A stretch of 58,140 bases of DNA, counting the filler, from Centroscyllium fabricii (lineage: Eukaryota): NCBI GenBank assembly GCA_051313645.2. It is 3 parts of 3 records of this genome, joined end to end, with 100 filler letters (N's around TTAATTAATTAA, not from the genome) between each part and the next. Parts side by side here need not be neighbours in the genome. Positions count along the whole stretch, not along the records: positions 1 to 30,145 come from JBNRSN020000009.1; 2 more parts are not named here. The stretch is one strand, 5' to 3'. Of this stretch, positions 13,353 to 25,887 are shown in pieces. The position numbers and the translations under genes were made by a program. Within the stretch, counting starts at the first letter, position 1. Every line of letters starts with the position of its first letter. The notes beneath the pieces were generated by a model. The model did no database searches. It saw only the letters and a list, made by a program, of their open reading frames with translations, and was not told the DNA's origin.

Positions 13353-14064
13353 TCAAATTCCTTTTGTTTGGCACGAAAAACAAATGTAGTGCCTGATGTT
13401 GTGACTTTCCTTATATGCGTGTTTAAAATCTAATTTTAAACTTCCAGCTCAGTAATCAATGTTTAAGGCTATAGGCAAGTGTTTTAGTTAACATTACAAA
13501 TTTTGAAAAAGAAACTCGAGTCAAGCAAAAGTACCTCGTCAACAGATGTCCACGTAGTTTATGACATCTATAATTCAATGGTGGCTTATGGGTTACCATA
13601 CTGCCCTTTTATCGGACACTCAAACCATCCCACATTGATGGGATGAAAGCACCATTTCTCTGCTGGATGAATGTCCTACCATGAACCGTGTTTGGACAAA
13701 CTCAGTTCAGTTCCTAGTGGTTTTATACAGTGGCTTGAGCCCAGAATACTGGAATCTCATTCCGAGAGGGCCAAAGAATGGCTGATATGAAAAATGGAAA
13801 TGCCACTCTGGCGTAACATGAAACATCCTGAAGTTGGGGCGAAAGCATTTTCTTCAGGCCAAATGGGGGTAACGTTATCCTCCACCTGAGCTGTACGTGG
13901 TTCCGAGAAAGATTCATGCCGAGATGGAATAATGACTAGCACAAAAAAGTGTTGGATTGGGAAGAAAATTATGAAGCAATTTTCCTTTACAACACCCTTG
14001 TAAATACTATTTTAGCCAGAAAGCAGAGTGCATTACAAAATTAACTCTGATTGAATTATAGTTG

Positions 14065-14270
14065 CAAGAAGTCACACAACACCAGGTTATAGTCCAACAG
14101 GTTTGTTTGAAATCACAAGCTTTCGGAGCGCTGCTCCTTCATCAGGCGCCTGAGGAAGGAGCAGCGCTCTGAAAGCTTGTGATTTCAAACAAACCTGTTG
14201 GACTATAACCTGGTGTTGTGTGACTTCTTGCATTTGTCCACCCCAGTCCAACACCGGCACCTCCACAAAA
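14065..14270 (+). mobile_element. Penelope-like palindromic insertion with hammerhead motifs, family 1
   Basis: About 80-bp inverted arms; minus-strand CTGATGA-AGGAGCAGCGCTCC-GAAAGCTT core; 13-bp TSD TGAATTATAGTTG (14052-14064, 14271-14283). Confidence 0.8.
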
Positions 14271-14554
14271 TGAATTATAGTTGTCAGCTGGTATTTGAGG
14301 TCAGCTTCACTATTTCAGTCATCGCTTGATTTTGTAACATTAAGGCCCTGCCAAATACTGTTTAAGTACTGTAAGCGAAGCATGCAAAGATTTTCTGTAT
14401 TTTGGCTGTTTTATGATCAATCCTAGATTTCAGTCAATGTGACGATGTGATTTACATATACATTCCAACGGGTAACTAGCCAGTTGCTTAGATCCACCTG
14501 GAGCGATTACTACTTAAGTAGCTTAAGGGACGGCATAAACAGAACACAACTGAC

Positions 14555-14738
14555 CCCTCTAGGTAAGAAGTATGGTGCATCAGTTTCTACGACAATCCTC
14601 TCGATTGGCATGTTTCTTACTGCTTCCTTGACCGCAACAGCAGTTGGATAGGTTAAAAGAGCCGTGAACCCAACCGACAAATTAGAAAATTCCTGTAGAA
14701 ATGGTTCAATCACCTCATAACGGCCTGTAAAGCAATGC
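14555..14738 (-). CDS. TATDN2: TATDN2 exon (HCFTG...[12 protein letters not shown])
   Basis: TatD motifs HCF and ETDAPY; TGTAG acceptor in phase 2, GTCAGT donor in phase 0. Confidence 0.95.
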
Positions 14739-15161
14739 CTACAGAATGAAAGATCACAAACAAAATTAAAACCAAGCTCAACAAAATATGCCATTTTTTG
14801 GCATGAATCAGTTTTCCTGAAACATTCTTTTGGTCTTATTAAAAGAAAGTTTAATGACAGGAAGTCAGCCAGTTCATTCCTAGTACATTCTAGAAGCCAG
14901 CAACACAGACACCGGGGAACAGGTATACAATCTGTTCACTCAGATAGTGGAGGAGAAAAATTAAATAATTATTTTTCGTCAAGGAAAAAAATTGACTTTA
15001 TTGTAATATCAGTACAGCTCCCATGGTGTTGCTTACAGCTGATCCAGGACCTGGCGTATGGTTCCTGATGTTTACTGTGGTGCTGCTACAGCCCACACCA
15101 AACAGTTGTTCTCCCATCCTTGTAATACAGCAAATTTACTGTGACATTGGACTATATCCTT

Positions 15162-15405
15162 CAAGATGTGCGGGTTAGGTTGATTGACCAGGATAAAAAA
15201 AATTGACCCTTAGTGTTCGGGGGATTGAATATGTGGGGTTACGGGGATAGGGTGGGATGTGTGTTGGTGCAGTTTCGATAGGGGTGTGGGGGGGAGGGCG
15301 GGGACGGGGTGCTGAATTTGGATGATCAGCCATGATCTCATTGAATTGCGGAGCAGGCTCGAGGGGCCGAACGGCCTACTCCTGCTCCTATCTTCTATGT
15401 TTCTA
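15162..15405 (+). mobile_element. 5'-truncated HE1-like V-SINE with long CR1-type tail
   Basis: AAGATGTGCGGGTTAGGTTGATT body followed by GGATGATCAGCCATGATCT...TTCTATGTTTCT. Confidence 0.8.
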
Positions 15406-16064
15406 AGAGGGACTGGACCGGTTTGTGCCTGGGGCAGAGATCGCATCATATGGAAGGCAAGTGGATTAATAGATAACACACGGTCCACATTATCTTCTGG
15501 ACTGCTTTTGCTCATCTGAGGGGGTCAGAGAGAAATTTTCTGGAGTATTGTTTCTCTTATTGGCCTCTCCCAGGAGATTACATGGCTGGGGGGGGGGGCA
15601 GGAAGTGTCCAGTTACGAAGCTGCAGCCATCACAAGTGTGAGGCAGGCTTGATGGACCAGTTGGCCATCATTTTCGTATGTTTGTACATGATTGTTTGAC
15701 ATAAAAATACCACAGCTTTCTGATACGGACAGACTCAACAGTAGAATACAAACTCCCTAGGAACTGCCACACCAGGAACTGCTTCAGCAAAAACAGAAAA
15801 TCCATTGTGGAACAGTAGCATCGTGGTTATGTTACTGGACTAGTAACCCAGAGGCCTGGAATAATGATTCAGAGAAATGTGGCCGAACAAAAACACTTCA
15901 ACCAGCCCATGAGCTCTACGTATAATATACCCCATAAAGAACATAGGCTAGAGATTATTTTGAGGACCTCGCGCATCTTGGGAACATGCAAGCACTCATG
16001 ATTTTAAATAGGAGAAAACAAACCCTCTTACAAAGCCAAAGCACGAGTAGAATCATCATTTCAC

Positions 16065-16192
16065 CTATGAATCCTGTAGTCCTTTGGCACATTGATTTTC
16101 ATTATCTCAAGAAGGTCTTGGTCAGCATCCCTGCAGTGTATGACAAGAGGCTTCTTTAATGCCACTGCAAGCTTTAGCTGTCTCTCAAAGAC
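16065..16192 (-). CDS. TATDN2: TATDN2 exon ([43 protein letters not shown])
   Basis: TatD PLVIHCR motif; GCCAG acceptor, GTGAAA donor; 128 nt, phase 0 to 2. Not in the ORF track. Confidence 0.95.
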
Positions 16193-16269
16193 CTGGCAAA
16201 AACAAGAATGTATTTATCAATAATCCTTACACTCCAACATCTATTCCCCCACCCCCCCTCCACAAACGC

Positions 16270-16595
16270 ACCAATTGAGGGAGTGCTATACTGCTGTCGG
16301 AGATGCTGTCTTTTGGACAAAATGTTAAAACTGCAGCTTCATCTGCCTACTCAGGCGAGTGTAAAAGATGCCTTGGTACTAGGTGAAGATCAGAGGAGGT
16401 CTCCCGGTGTCCAGGCTGACAATTATCACTCAACCAGCAGCACCAAAGACACACTAAATGGACATTTATCTCATTTGCTGTTTGTGGGACCTTGCTCTTG
16501 CGAAATTTGACAGACAGGTTTGCATACAAAAAAAAAGTAACCGATTGGGACATCCTGAAGATGTGAAAGGCGCTATATAAATGCAAGCTCATTCT
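16270..16595 (+). mobile_element. Old Deu-domain SINE (SacSINE1-like)
   Basis: GAGGGAGTGCT...TTGCTGTTTGTGGGACCTTGCT...AAAGGCGCTATATAAATGCAAG. Confidence 0.65.
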
Positions 16596-17412
16596 TTTTT
16601 TCCTCAATGTCAAAAAAAATCCCAAACACCATTAGCTCAGAATTTTTACTTAAAGGCTTAAATTACATAAAAACTCTTAGGATGCATCATGCACAGTATT
16701 TGTCCCCAGCACCAAAAATCCAGGTGATATTTCCAACTCAACCCCGTGGACCAATGTGACCAAGGCATTTCTAATAAGTGACCAAGTTTAGTGAGTTTCA
16801 TTTTTAGAATTGTGCAATGTGTGTGTTTGTTGTGCGCTCTCTTTAGCTGTATACAAATGATCTGTTAAGAAGAAAAACGGCAGTGTGAGGAAAGTAGTTG
16901 AACAATAGGGCTCATTTATGCTAGTTAATGCTTCCAGATTGCTGCGCTTAGGATTTTAAAAAAAATAAGTGATGCTTTCTCATTGCTGATTGAAAGTGAA
17001 ATTGAAAGTGAAATGAATTAAATTGTTTTTATTCTTCTTCGCATTAGGCAATAGGAAATGTGAGCAAATCAGCATGGTTGACACAGGCATGTGACATATA
17101 AACATATAAATAAAGAGACAAAATATCAAACCCCCTAACTAGGATGAACAAAAATTGTCCCTGCAAACTCCAGACTATACATGCATACTTAGTAAAAGAA
17201 AACACAGGATACCCTGGATTGAGGACAGTGCTGCCTAGTTATTAACGGATTTGGGTAATTAGTTCAAATAATTACTGACAAACATGTATTAGCTTTTAAA
17301 GGTTCCAAATCTTTAATACTATAATTTAATTACCCTCCTGCCATAATTTCTAAAATTAACCAGATAAATTAATTCACTAATAAATGAACTGCCCCTCCTC
17401 CACCCCACATAC

Positions 17413-18288
17413 CTGTTTTTGTTTAGCAATGTCTGTTGTACACTTAGAAGAATAGTCCAATCCCATCTCTCCAAAAGCGACCGCTTTAGGGTGTCTCAGT
17501 GCTTGGAGAATTGCCCTTTCCTGCAATTGTGTGTAGTAACGGGCAAAATGTGGATGGCAGCCAAAAGCACCCCAAACAAGCGGTTCTTCCAGTAAATTTT
17601 CCCATAAGTTCCCAAGAACGAGACTGCGAGGGTCACAGAAATCTGTGATACAGCCGTGAAACTCCGCTGGAAACGTGCTGTCGTAAACCTTCATAAACTT
17701 TGCAAAAGTTCCGCTAAAGGACAACTTGGAGTACAAAAAGTCCAGGTGGCAATGTGTGTCTATAAAACCTGCCCTTTGGTAGTTCAGTCCCCAGTTTTCT
17801 TGGAACCGATTCTCTGAATTATCAGCCAAAGCTTCGGAATCTTCTACTGAAGAGTTGAGGGAACCTGTACTCACATCCAAGTTATTGCTATTATTGAACT
17901 GACGCAGTGAGCAGTCTGATGACTCAAAAGACAAGCTATTGCGAATAGTGGACCTAGAACTTCGCGAAGAATTTATTGAATGGCTTGGGAAAGATTCTGT
18001 TCCGTTGTCGGGATAGTTATGCTGACACCAGGTATCATAAAGACTGCTGGATGATGAAGGTTGCTGAGGAGTTTGAGGGTTTGACCAGTATTCTGAATAT
18101 GGACAAGAGGGGCTAGAATACAAGAATGGTGGGTATGTAATATATTCGGTAGGTAATGGGGTACTAGCCGTGGAATTTTCCAGTTTGTGTGTTGGACTAG
18201 AATCTTGTGAAAACATAGCTAAAACTGTGGGGTCTTCTACATCAGACCAGTCACTTCCAAAGGATGGATCCTCATCAGAGGTCAATTG
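17413..18288 (-). CDS. TATDN2: TATDN2 large exon (Ser-rich region plus start of TatD domain)
   Basis: FIDTHCHLD, FGCHPH, AFGEMGLDYS motifs; AACAG acceptor, GTATGT donor; 876 nt, phase 0. Confidence 0.96.
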
Positions 18289-18731
18289 CTGTTTAAAAAA
18301 ATAAAAGTAATGTTATAACCTTGACTTAACCAAGCCCAAAGCAAACTGAAAACTTTATATTTAAGTTATAGTGCAGAGATGATGCAATATAACTGTCTGC
18401 CATGGCTTCTCTCTGCACCCATCTACTGACTAGCAATAAAAAAAACTGGGAACACACCATTAAACAGAAAACTAGATAAATACATAGAAATATAACTTCA
18501 TATCACTCCCTGGCAAGTGACATTCTAGAAATAAAATTAGATCCATGTCCTTAAAATATTGAAAAGGACAAACTAAAGTTAGTACACTAAAGTATTGAAG
18601 AACTACAGGAGACAACTACAAAACCGCCCAAGCTTCAGGCAAGGTTAGAGGCAAGAACCACCTCTCCGCCTTTACATGTACATAAATGGAACATAACCCC
18701 CCCATCAAAAGTTGATCCCTTTGTCAATATA

Positions 18732-19405
18732 CAGGTTGAGCACCAGTAATCCGGCACCCTCGGGACCAGGCTGGTGCCGGACCATTGAAAAATCCGAACC
18801 ACTGAAGGTTGAAGAAGGGATCGAAAACTTACTGATTAGCAGAGCTACCTTGTACTTCAGAGTGAGGGAATGGCAGAGATAATTGTTGGGGCTGAATTTG
18901 TGGTTGGAGGCTTTCCGCGGGGAAATGCCACCGATTCACAAATAAATTGCCCGCCTACCTGATGGTCCAGGAGGTACGGCGATTCGCGGTCCTGGGACTC
19001 TCCGGGTGCTGGCGGGTAGAGGCCCACGTATCCCGGGGTTCAGGCGGTTCACGAGCGTCCCTGGGATCATGTGGGCCGGCCTAACGAATGAGAGAAGGGA
19101 ATCCCCATTCATTCTTATCGGTATTCCGTATGTATGGAAACCCCATAAGTATGAATTGGAAGACCCCAGAAAATACACCTAGACATCAAATAAATAAAAA
19201 TAATCACATTTAAAATGAATTAAAATGGCATTTAATTAAATATTTAAAACAAAAATCCTAAATTTTTGAAAAATAAATTTACATGCTTTACAGCGGGAAA
19301 CGGTGACGCTGCCGAGGAGCCGCAAACTAAAGACCACCGGTTTCAATTCGTGCCGGACCATTGGGTGCCGGATTACCGGGTGCTGGATTACCGGGGCTCA
19401 ACCTG
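18732..19405. mobile_element. Tigger/pogo-like MITE with an internal foreign fragment (about 18890-19290)
   Basis: TA-CAGGTTGAGCACCAGTAATCC...GGATTACCGGGGCTCAACCTG-TA. Confidence 0.8.
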
Positions 19406-19654
19406 TACTTTATACAGAAATTTAAAAAAAGGATCCGGACAAATAGCTCATCAGAGTCACACACAAACTAGAATGCAAAACAAGCCATTTGGCCCAACCA
19501 GTCTTTGTGGATATTTATCCTCCACTTGAGCAATAGTCCCAATCCCATGTGCCTGCCCTGTTCCCATATCCCATCCTCCCACTTTCCTTCAATCGCCTAT
19601 TTAACCTATTCTTAAATGTTGGCATAGTCTCTGCTTCAATCACTAACCCTGGTA

Positions 19655-20004
19655 CAGGTACACAATCCTTTATCCGAAAACCTTGGGACCGGATGGTTAT
19701 CGGATATTTTCGGAATGGTCGCATTAACATTAATAGTTTTGCATGAACCTTGTGAATATTCACAAACAGTGGGATAAATAATGACTATAAGCAGTTTATA
19801 AATACTCCAGTAAAGTTTATTTGTAAAAATATCGGAGATCAGCGGTCGGGTGCTGGGATCGTCGGGTGCCAGGCGCGTCGGGGCCGTCTGGGTGCCGGGA
19901 GCATCGAGGCTGTCGTGGCCTGAGTGCCGGGTCATATTTCACGCGCAACTCGGGTCATTTGTAATTTCAGTTTTCAGAGCAGCGGATAAAGGATTGTGTA
20001 CCTG
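19655..20004. mobile_element. Tigger-like MITE
   Basis: TA-CAGGTACACAATCCTTTATCCG...CGGATAAAGGATTGTGTACCTG-TA. Confidence 0.85.
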
Positions 20005-20462
20005 TACTGTATTCCACGGCATCAATCATCTATTTAAAAAAAAGTTTCTCCTACTCTCTGTCCTAAATCTTGCATCTTATATCTATATTCCCATGTTCTA
20101 GACTCAATCACTGGAAACAATCTGTTTCTATCTATCCTGCCCATCCCTTCACAATTTTAAACATCCATAAGATGCCCTGTAATCTCTGTTCCAATGAAAG
20201 CAGCCCAATTTTTCAAGTCTTTCTTCCTATTTGCATTTCCTCATTCCAGGCAGCATTCTATTGAACCTTTGCTGTATCTTCGATTACCTCAGCATCTGTT
20301 CTATAGTGTGAATTCCAAAACTGCACAGTACTCTAACTGTAGTCTTACTAAGATTTATGTAGATTCACCATTACATCTCGATTTTTATATTCTTATATTC
20401 TATACTGTGCCATAAAAACCAGTATTCCATTCGCATTTTTAGGGCCATATCCAATTGAGGTT

Positions 20463-20981
<519 letters not shown>

Positions 20982-21723
20982 TACTGCTCGTGTCATATAA
21001 ACCTGAACCCCCAAATCTCTCTGCTCCTCAATATCACCCAGCTTTCCCCCAAAGTATAATTACTTTATTTTTTATACAAACAAAATATACCACCTGACAT
21101 TTATTGACGGTGAATTCCGTCAGTGACCTTTTTTTGCCCGTTCCACCATCTTATCAATATTCCCTGCAACGTCCTTTGGTCCCCAGTATTATTTACTATG
21201 CCTCCTTTTTTTTACTATAGTCTACACAATTGGACACCACTTCCTCTAGCCCGATTTCCAATTCACAGCTACTCAATTAACACAACAAGGACATCATCAC
21301 CTACTTCCAACTACTGAGAAATTGCTCTCAACTCCTACTGTCTCCTCCCTTCTAACTAGTTTTTAAAAATCCAATTTTCCCCTCCCAATTCCACGCCCCT
21401 TAATCTTCTCCAATAGTCTCCTGTGTGGCACCTTACCAAACAAAGGTTTTCTGAAAGTCCATGTATACCACATCCACTACAATGTCACCATTCACCATAT
21501 CTGTCACCTTCTCTAAAAGAAAAAAATCAGGTTTATCAAGCACAATCTTCCTTTCTGAAATCTGTGTTGATTGCTTCTAATTATTTTCTCTTCATCTAGA
21601 TATTTAGTAATCTCATCTTTAATTAGTCATTCCAAAATTTTCCCTGCCATAGATGTTAAACTAACTGGCCTGTAATTACCCGGACTAGCCTGGAATCCCT
21701 TTTTTGAAAATGGGTACCGCGTA

Positions 21724-22420
21724 CAGGTACACAATCCCTTATCAGCAACTCCGAAAACCGAAAGTTTTTTCGGAGCGTCACATGACCTGAGTTGCGGCAA
21801 AATAACTTATTTTTTTTCCTCAGCTGGGGATATTGTGCTGTTTTCTGGATCTGAAGTAGCTGGAAATTGGGAATTGTCACCTGTCCCTGCTAGCCAGGAT
21901 GGTTAGAATCCGAACGCTGAAAATTTTCATCCGCTGCCTCCTCCTCAAGGAGCCACGGTTCATTTTCGCGGTGATGCTGCTGGCCACCAACATCCTGGCC
22001 GCCAAGATGACTGCTAGAGCTGGCCCGGTGACGGTTGCTAGGGGAGCGGACACTGCTGGAGCTGGCCCGGTGACGGTTGCTAGGGGAGCGGACACTGCTG
22101 GAGCTGGCCCGGTGACGGTTGCTAGGGGGAGCTGCTGCCATTCCCAGCGATTGCCCACTCCGCTTCCCCTCGCCCGCCCTCCCGCCACCAGCTGACTGAC
22201 TGAACTTGATGCTGCTTCCAGAAGCTTCACCCTACAGCTCACCTTGTCCCTTGAGACGTTCTCGCTCTCCCATTCATTGAACAGTTTCAGTGCGTAATTC
22301 AACACGGCAATGCGCATGTGTTCTGTGCATACGCACTGGGCACCAACCTGAAAACCGAAATTATCCGAAAACCGAAGACCACCCGGTCCCGAGGTTTTCA
22401 GATAAAGGATTGTGTACCCG
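21724..22420. mobile_element. Tigger-like MITE with an internal 42-bp tandem repeat
   Basis: Same TIRs with TA flanks; internal sequence shared in opposite orientation with 20463-20981; GAGCTGGCCCGGTGACGGTTGCTAGGGG x3. Confidence 0.82.
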
Positions 22421-22816
22421 TATTACATTGGCCACTCTCCAGTCCTCCGGCACACACCCACTGTGTAGAACACTGAAATACAATTTTGCGGGCCTCCAAT
22501 ATTTCTTTCTGCTTTACTCTCAAGATTCCTAGATGTATTCCATCAGATCCCAGCACTCTATCCCCCTTTAACTTAACTAATTTTGCTAACACTTTCCTTT
22601 TATTTATTGTATCTTTCATCTCAATTCAGGATTCACCTCCTCCCAAATATCCTTCTTGTTTGTAAACACCAAAGCAAGGCATTTGTTAAGTATCCCAGCC
22701 AATTTCTACTTATCCTCTACTAATTCACTTTCCTCGCCTCTTGGGTCCCACTTCACATTAACAACCCCTAACCTCTTTCCTTATTTTCTGGTATTCTATA
22801 TGCTGCCTTCTTCAAT

Positions 22817-24905
22817 ATCGGGAAGATACAGGAGGAACATGTTCCTGCAAAAATTAAGGGTGGGGGAGACAAACAAAGGGAACCTTGGATGTCTAGAGAT
22901 ATATGTAAATTAATGAAGAAAAAAAGGGGGGCTTTTAATGAATATAAACGGCTAAAAACTGAGGAGGCACTAGGGGAGTATAAGAAATATAGGGGGGATT
23001 TAAAGAAGGAGATAAGAAAAGCCAAGAGAGGTCATGAGATTACAATGGCCGGTAAAATCAAGGATAACCCTAAGGCATTTTATAGTTATATAAAAAACAA
23101 AAGGATCACGAGGGAAAGAGTGGGGCCCATTAAAGACGATAGCGGAAAGCTGTGCGTCGAGCCTGAGGAGGTGGGGGAGGTACTAAATGAATTCTTCTCT
23201 TCAGTATTCACAAGAGAGAGGGACGATACCGACATCGAAATCGGACAGAATGTAGGGGGGGTAATTGAGGATATTACCATTACAAGGGAAGAAGTTCTAG
23301 AAATCTTGGGAGGCTTAAAGGTGGACAAATCACCAGGGCCGGACGCAATGTTCCCCAGGCTGCTGTTCGAGGCCAGGGAGGAGCTTGCGGGCCCCCTGTC
23401 CCAAATCTTCAGGACCTCTCTCGCGTCAGGGGATGTGCCTGAGGACTGGAGAACGGCTAATGTAGTACCCTTGTTTAAAAAGGGTAGTAGGGACAAACCG
23501 GGCAACTACAGGCCAATCAGTCTTACATCTGTAGTGGGGAAAGTAATGGAAAAAATTCTGAGGGATAAAATCAGTTCGCATTTGGACAACCAAGGTCTAA
23601 TAAGAGACAGTCAGCATGGCTTCGTCAAAGGTAAGTCGTGCCTGACCAATCTGTTGGAATTCTTTGAGGAAGTAACAAAGAGGGTGGATGAAGGGAGTAC
23701 TGTGGACGTAGTGTATATGGACTTTAGCAAAGCTTTTGATAAAGTCCCACATAGGAGACTAATAACAAAGGTTAGAGCGCACGGGATACAGGGTAACTTG
23801 GCACAGTGGATCGAAAATTGGCTGGGGGATAGGAGACAAAGGGTAATGGTAGAGGGCTGCTTCTGTGACTGGAAACCAGTAACCAGTGGCGTCCCCCAAG
23901 GATCGGTTTTGGGACCCTTACTGTTTCTAGTATACATCAACGATTTGGATATGGGAGTAGGGGGTACGATCAGCAAATTCGCTGATGATACGAAAATCGG
24001 AAGGGTGGTAAACAACGATGAGGATAGTAAGGGGCTTCAGGAGGATATAGATATAATGGTTAATTGGGCAGAAAAATGGCAAATGGAGTTCAACCCAGAG
24101 AAATGCGAGGTCATTCAATTCGGTAGACCAAATGGGGTAAGGGAATATACCATGAACAACAAAACGTTAAATAGGACCGAGGAGCAGAGGGACCTGGGGG
24201 TACAGGTGCACAGCTCCCTGAAGGTTGCTGGACACGTTAACAAGGTGGTTAAGAAGGCATACGGAATTCTCGCCTTTATTAACCAGGGCATAGTATACAA
24301 AAGTAGGGAGGTAATGTTAAACCTGTATAACACACTGGTGAGACCTCAGCTGGAGTACTGTGTGCAGTTCTGGTCACCGCACTACAGGAAGGATGTGGCT
24401 GCCCTGGAGAGGGTGCAGAGAAGGTTTACCAGGATGATACCTGGTCTGGCGGACCTATGCTACGAGGAAAGGCTGGACAGGCTGGGGTTGTTTGCCTTGG
24501 AGAAAAGAAGGTGGAGGGGTGACATGATTGAGGTGTACAAGATCATGAGGGGACACGATAGGGTAGACAAAGGGGCATTGTTTCCCCTGGTGGGAGAGTC
24601 AAGCACTAGGGGACATAGATTCAAGATCAGGGGGGGGGAGGTTTAGGGGGGAGGTAAGGAGAAATTTCTTTACCCAGAGGGTGGTGGAAGACTGGAACTC
24701 CCTGCCTGTGAGGGTGGTGGAGGCAGGAACCATCACAACATTTAAAAAATACTTGGACCAGCACATGAAGGACCATAACATACAGGGTTATGGGCCAGGT
24801 GCGGGCAACTGGGGTTAGAACAGTGAGGAGTTTTTCTGGGCCGGTGCGGACTGGATGGGCCGAATGGCCCTTATCCGCACTGTAAAATTTCTATGATTCT
24901 ATGAT
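22817..24905 (+). mobile_element. 5'-truncated young CR1 with an uninterrupted RT ORF (22889-24646)
   Basis: 585-aa open frame with all CR1 RT motifs, one frameshift at the G-run near 24630, tail (ATTCTATG)n. Confidence 0.93.
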
Positions 24906-25341
24906 TACTCTTTATCAAACTACTCTATTTATCCAGAGCATTCTGAAACTTGTAGTTTAAAAAAATGTATATACCTGTACTTATTTTGTAACTTTGCAAT
25001 GCCCTCTTTAAAAATATCCCCTTGTTGACCTACGGTCCTGTGTGCCAATATCACTTTCCAGCTCACCTGAGCTCGCTCACTCTTCATGTTTCCAAAGTCT
25101 GTCCTGTTCTAATCTGATGCTTTTTTATGAACTTTTCCCCTTTCGATTGGGACCCTAAACCGCATCAGATACAGAATTGGCAGCAAGACACATAGAATAT
25201 ACAGCACAGAAACAGGGCCTTCGAAAAATGGACCTCAACAACGGAGAGCTGAACTTGTTCTCATCTTAATTGATCATGTCCTTCATAGCACATGCTGACA
25301 AAAGAGATCAAAATTTAAAAAGGTAGTCTTACTGTGAATAC

Positions 25342-25887
25342 CTTGCAGTGATCACACTCAGTTTTTGGAAGGAGATTCTTGTTCCTTTCTTTCATACTTG
25401 ACTCATTATCCACAGCTACATCTACAAATACCAGCTCTGGGGTTGGTCTTTCATCCAGATTTCCTTTGTAGGCCTTCAATCTGCTGTTCCGCTTTGGTTC
25501 CATAGAATTATTTTCAGCATCAGTTTCCTGTTGTTGACTGCTGTATTGCGAAGAACCATCCCCATGAGTTGTTTCTTGCCAAACTCCTCCTTGGGTTTGC
25601 CCACAATCATTTGTTCGAGGTTCTGCTGGTACTAATCCAGCCTGTGTCTCTTTGGTCTGGTCGGTATTTCGGGCAGGGCCTTGCACCTGTTTTTTCTGGA
25701 AGCCCCTACCAATAGCTTCTGATATGGCTTTAAGGTAGAGAACTTTAGTACCCTGTACAGGTGCTGCCTTCCGAGTCTCTCGTTGAACGATACCTTTATA
25801 ATCTCGTGCCTTGACTACAGATTTTGTACGCTGCTTCAAGGTACGGCTCAATACTGCAGATAGACTTCTCCTTTCAGCTTCCGTACT
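25342..25887 (-). CDS. TATDN2: TATDN2 N-terminal-region exon (STEAERRSL...VLYLKAISEAIG...ECDHCK)
   Basis: TACAG acceptor, open phase-0 frame, AAG|GTATTC donor (alternative ACA|GTAAGA ends at 25333); LYLKAI resembles the recalled TATDN2 IYLKAI motif. Confidence 0.8.

Noticed and set aside
14065-14232. miRNA precursor or terminator hairpin
   Set aside because: Multi-copy with TSDs; better explained as a Penelope-derived inverted repeat
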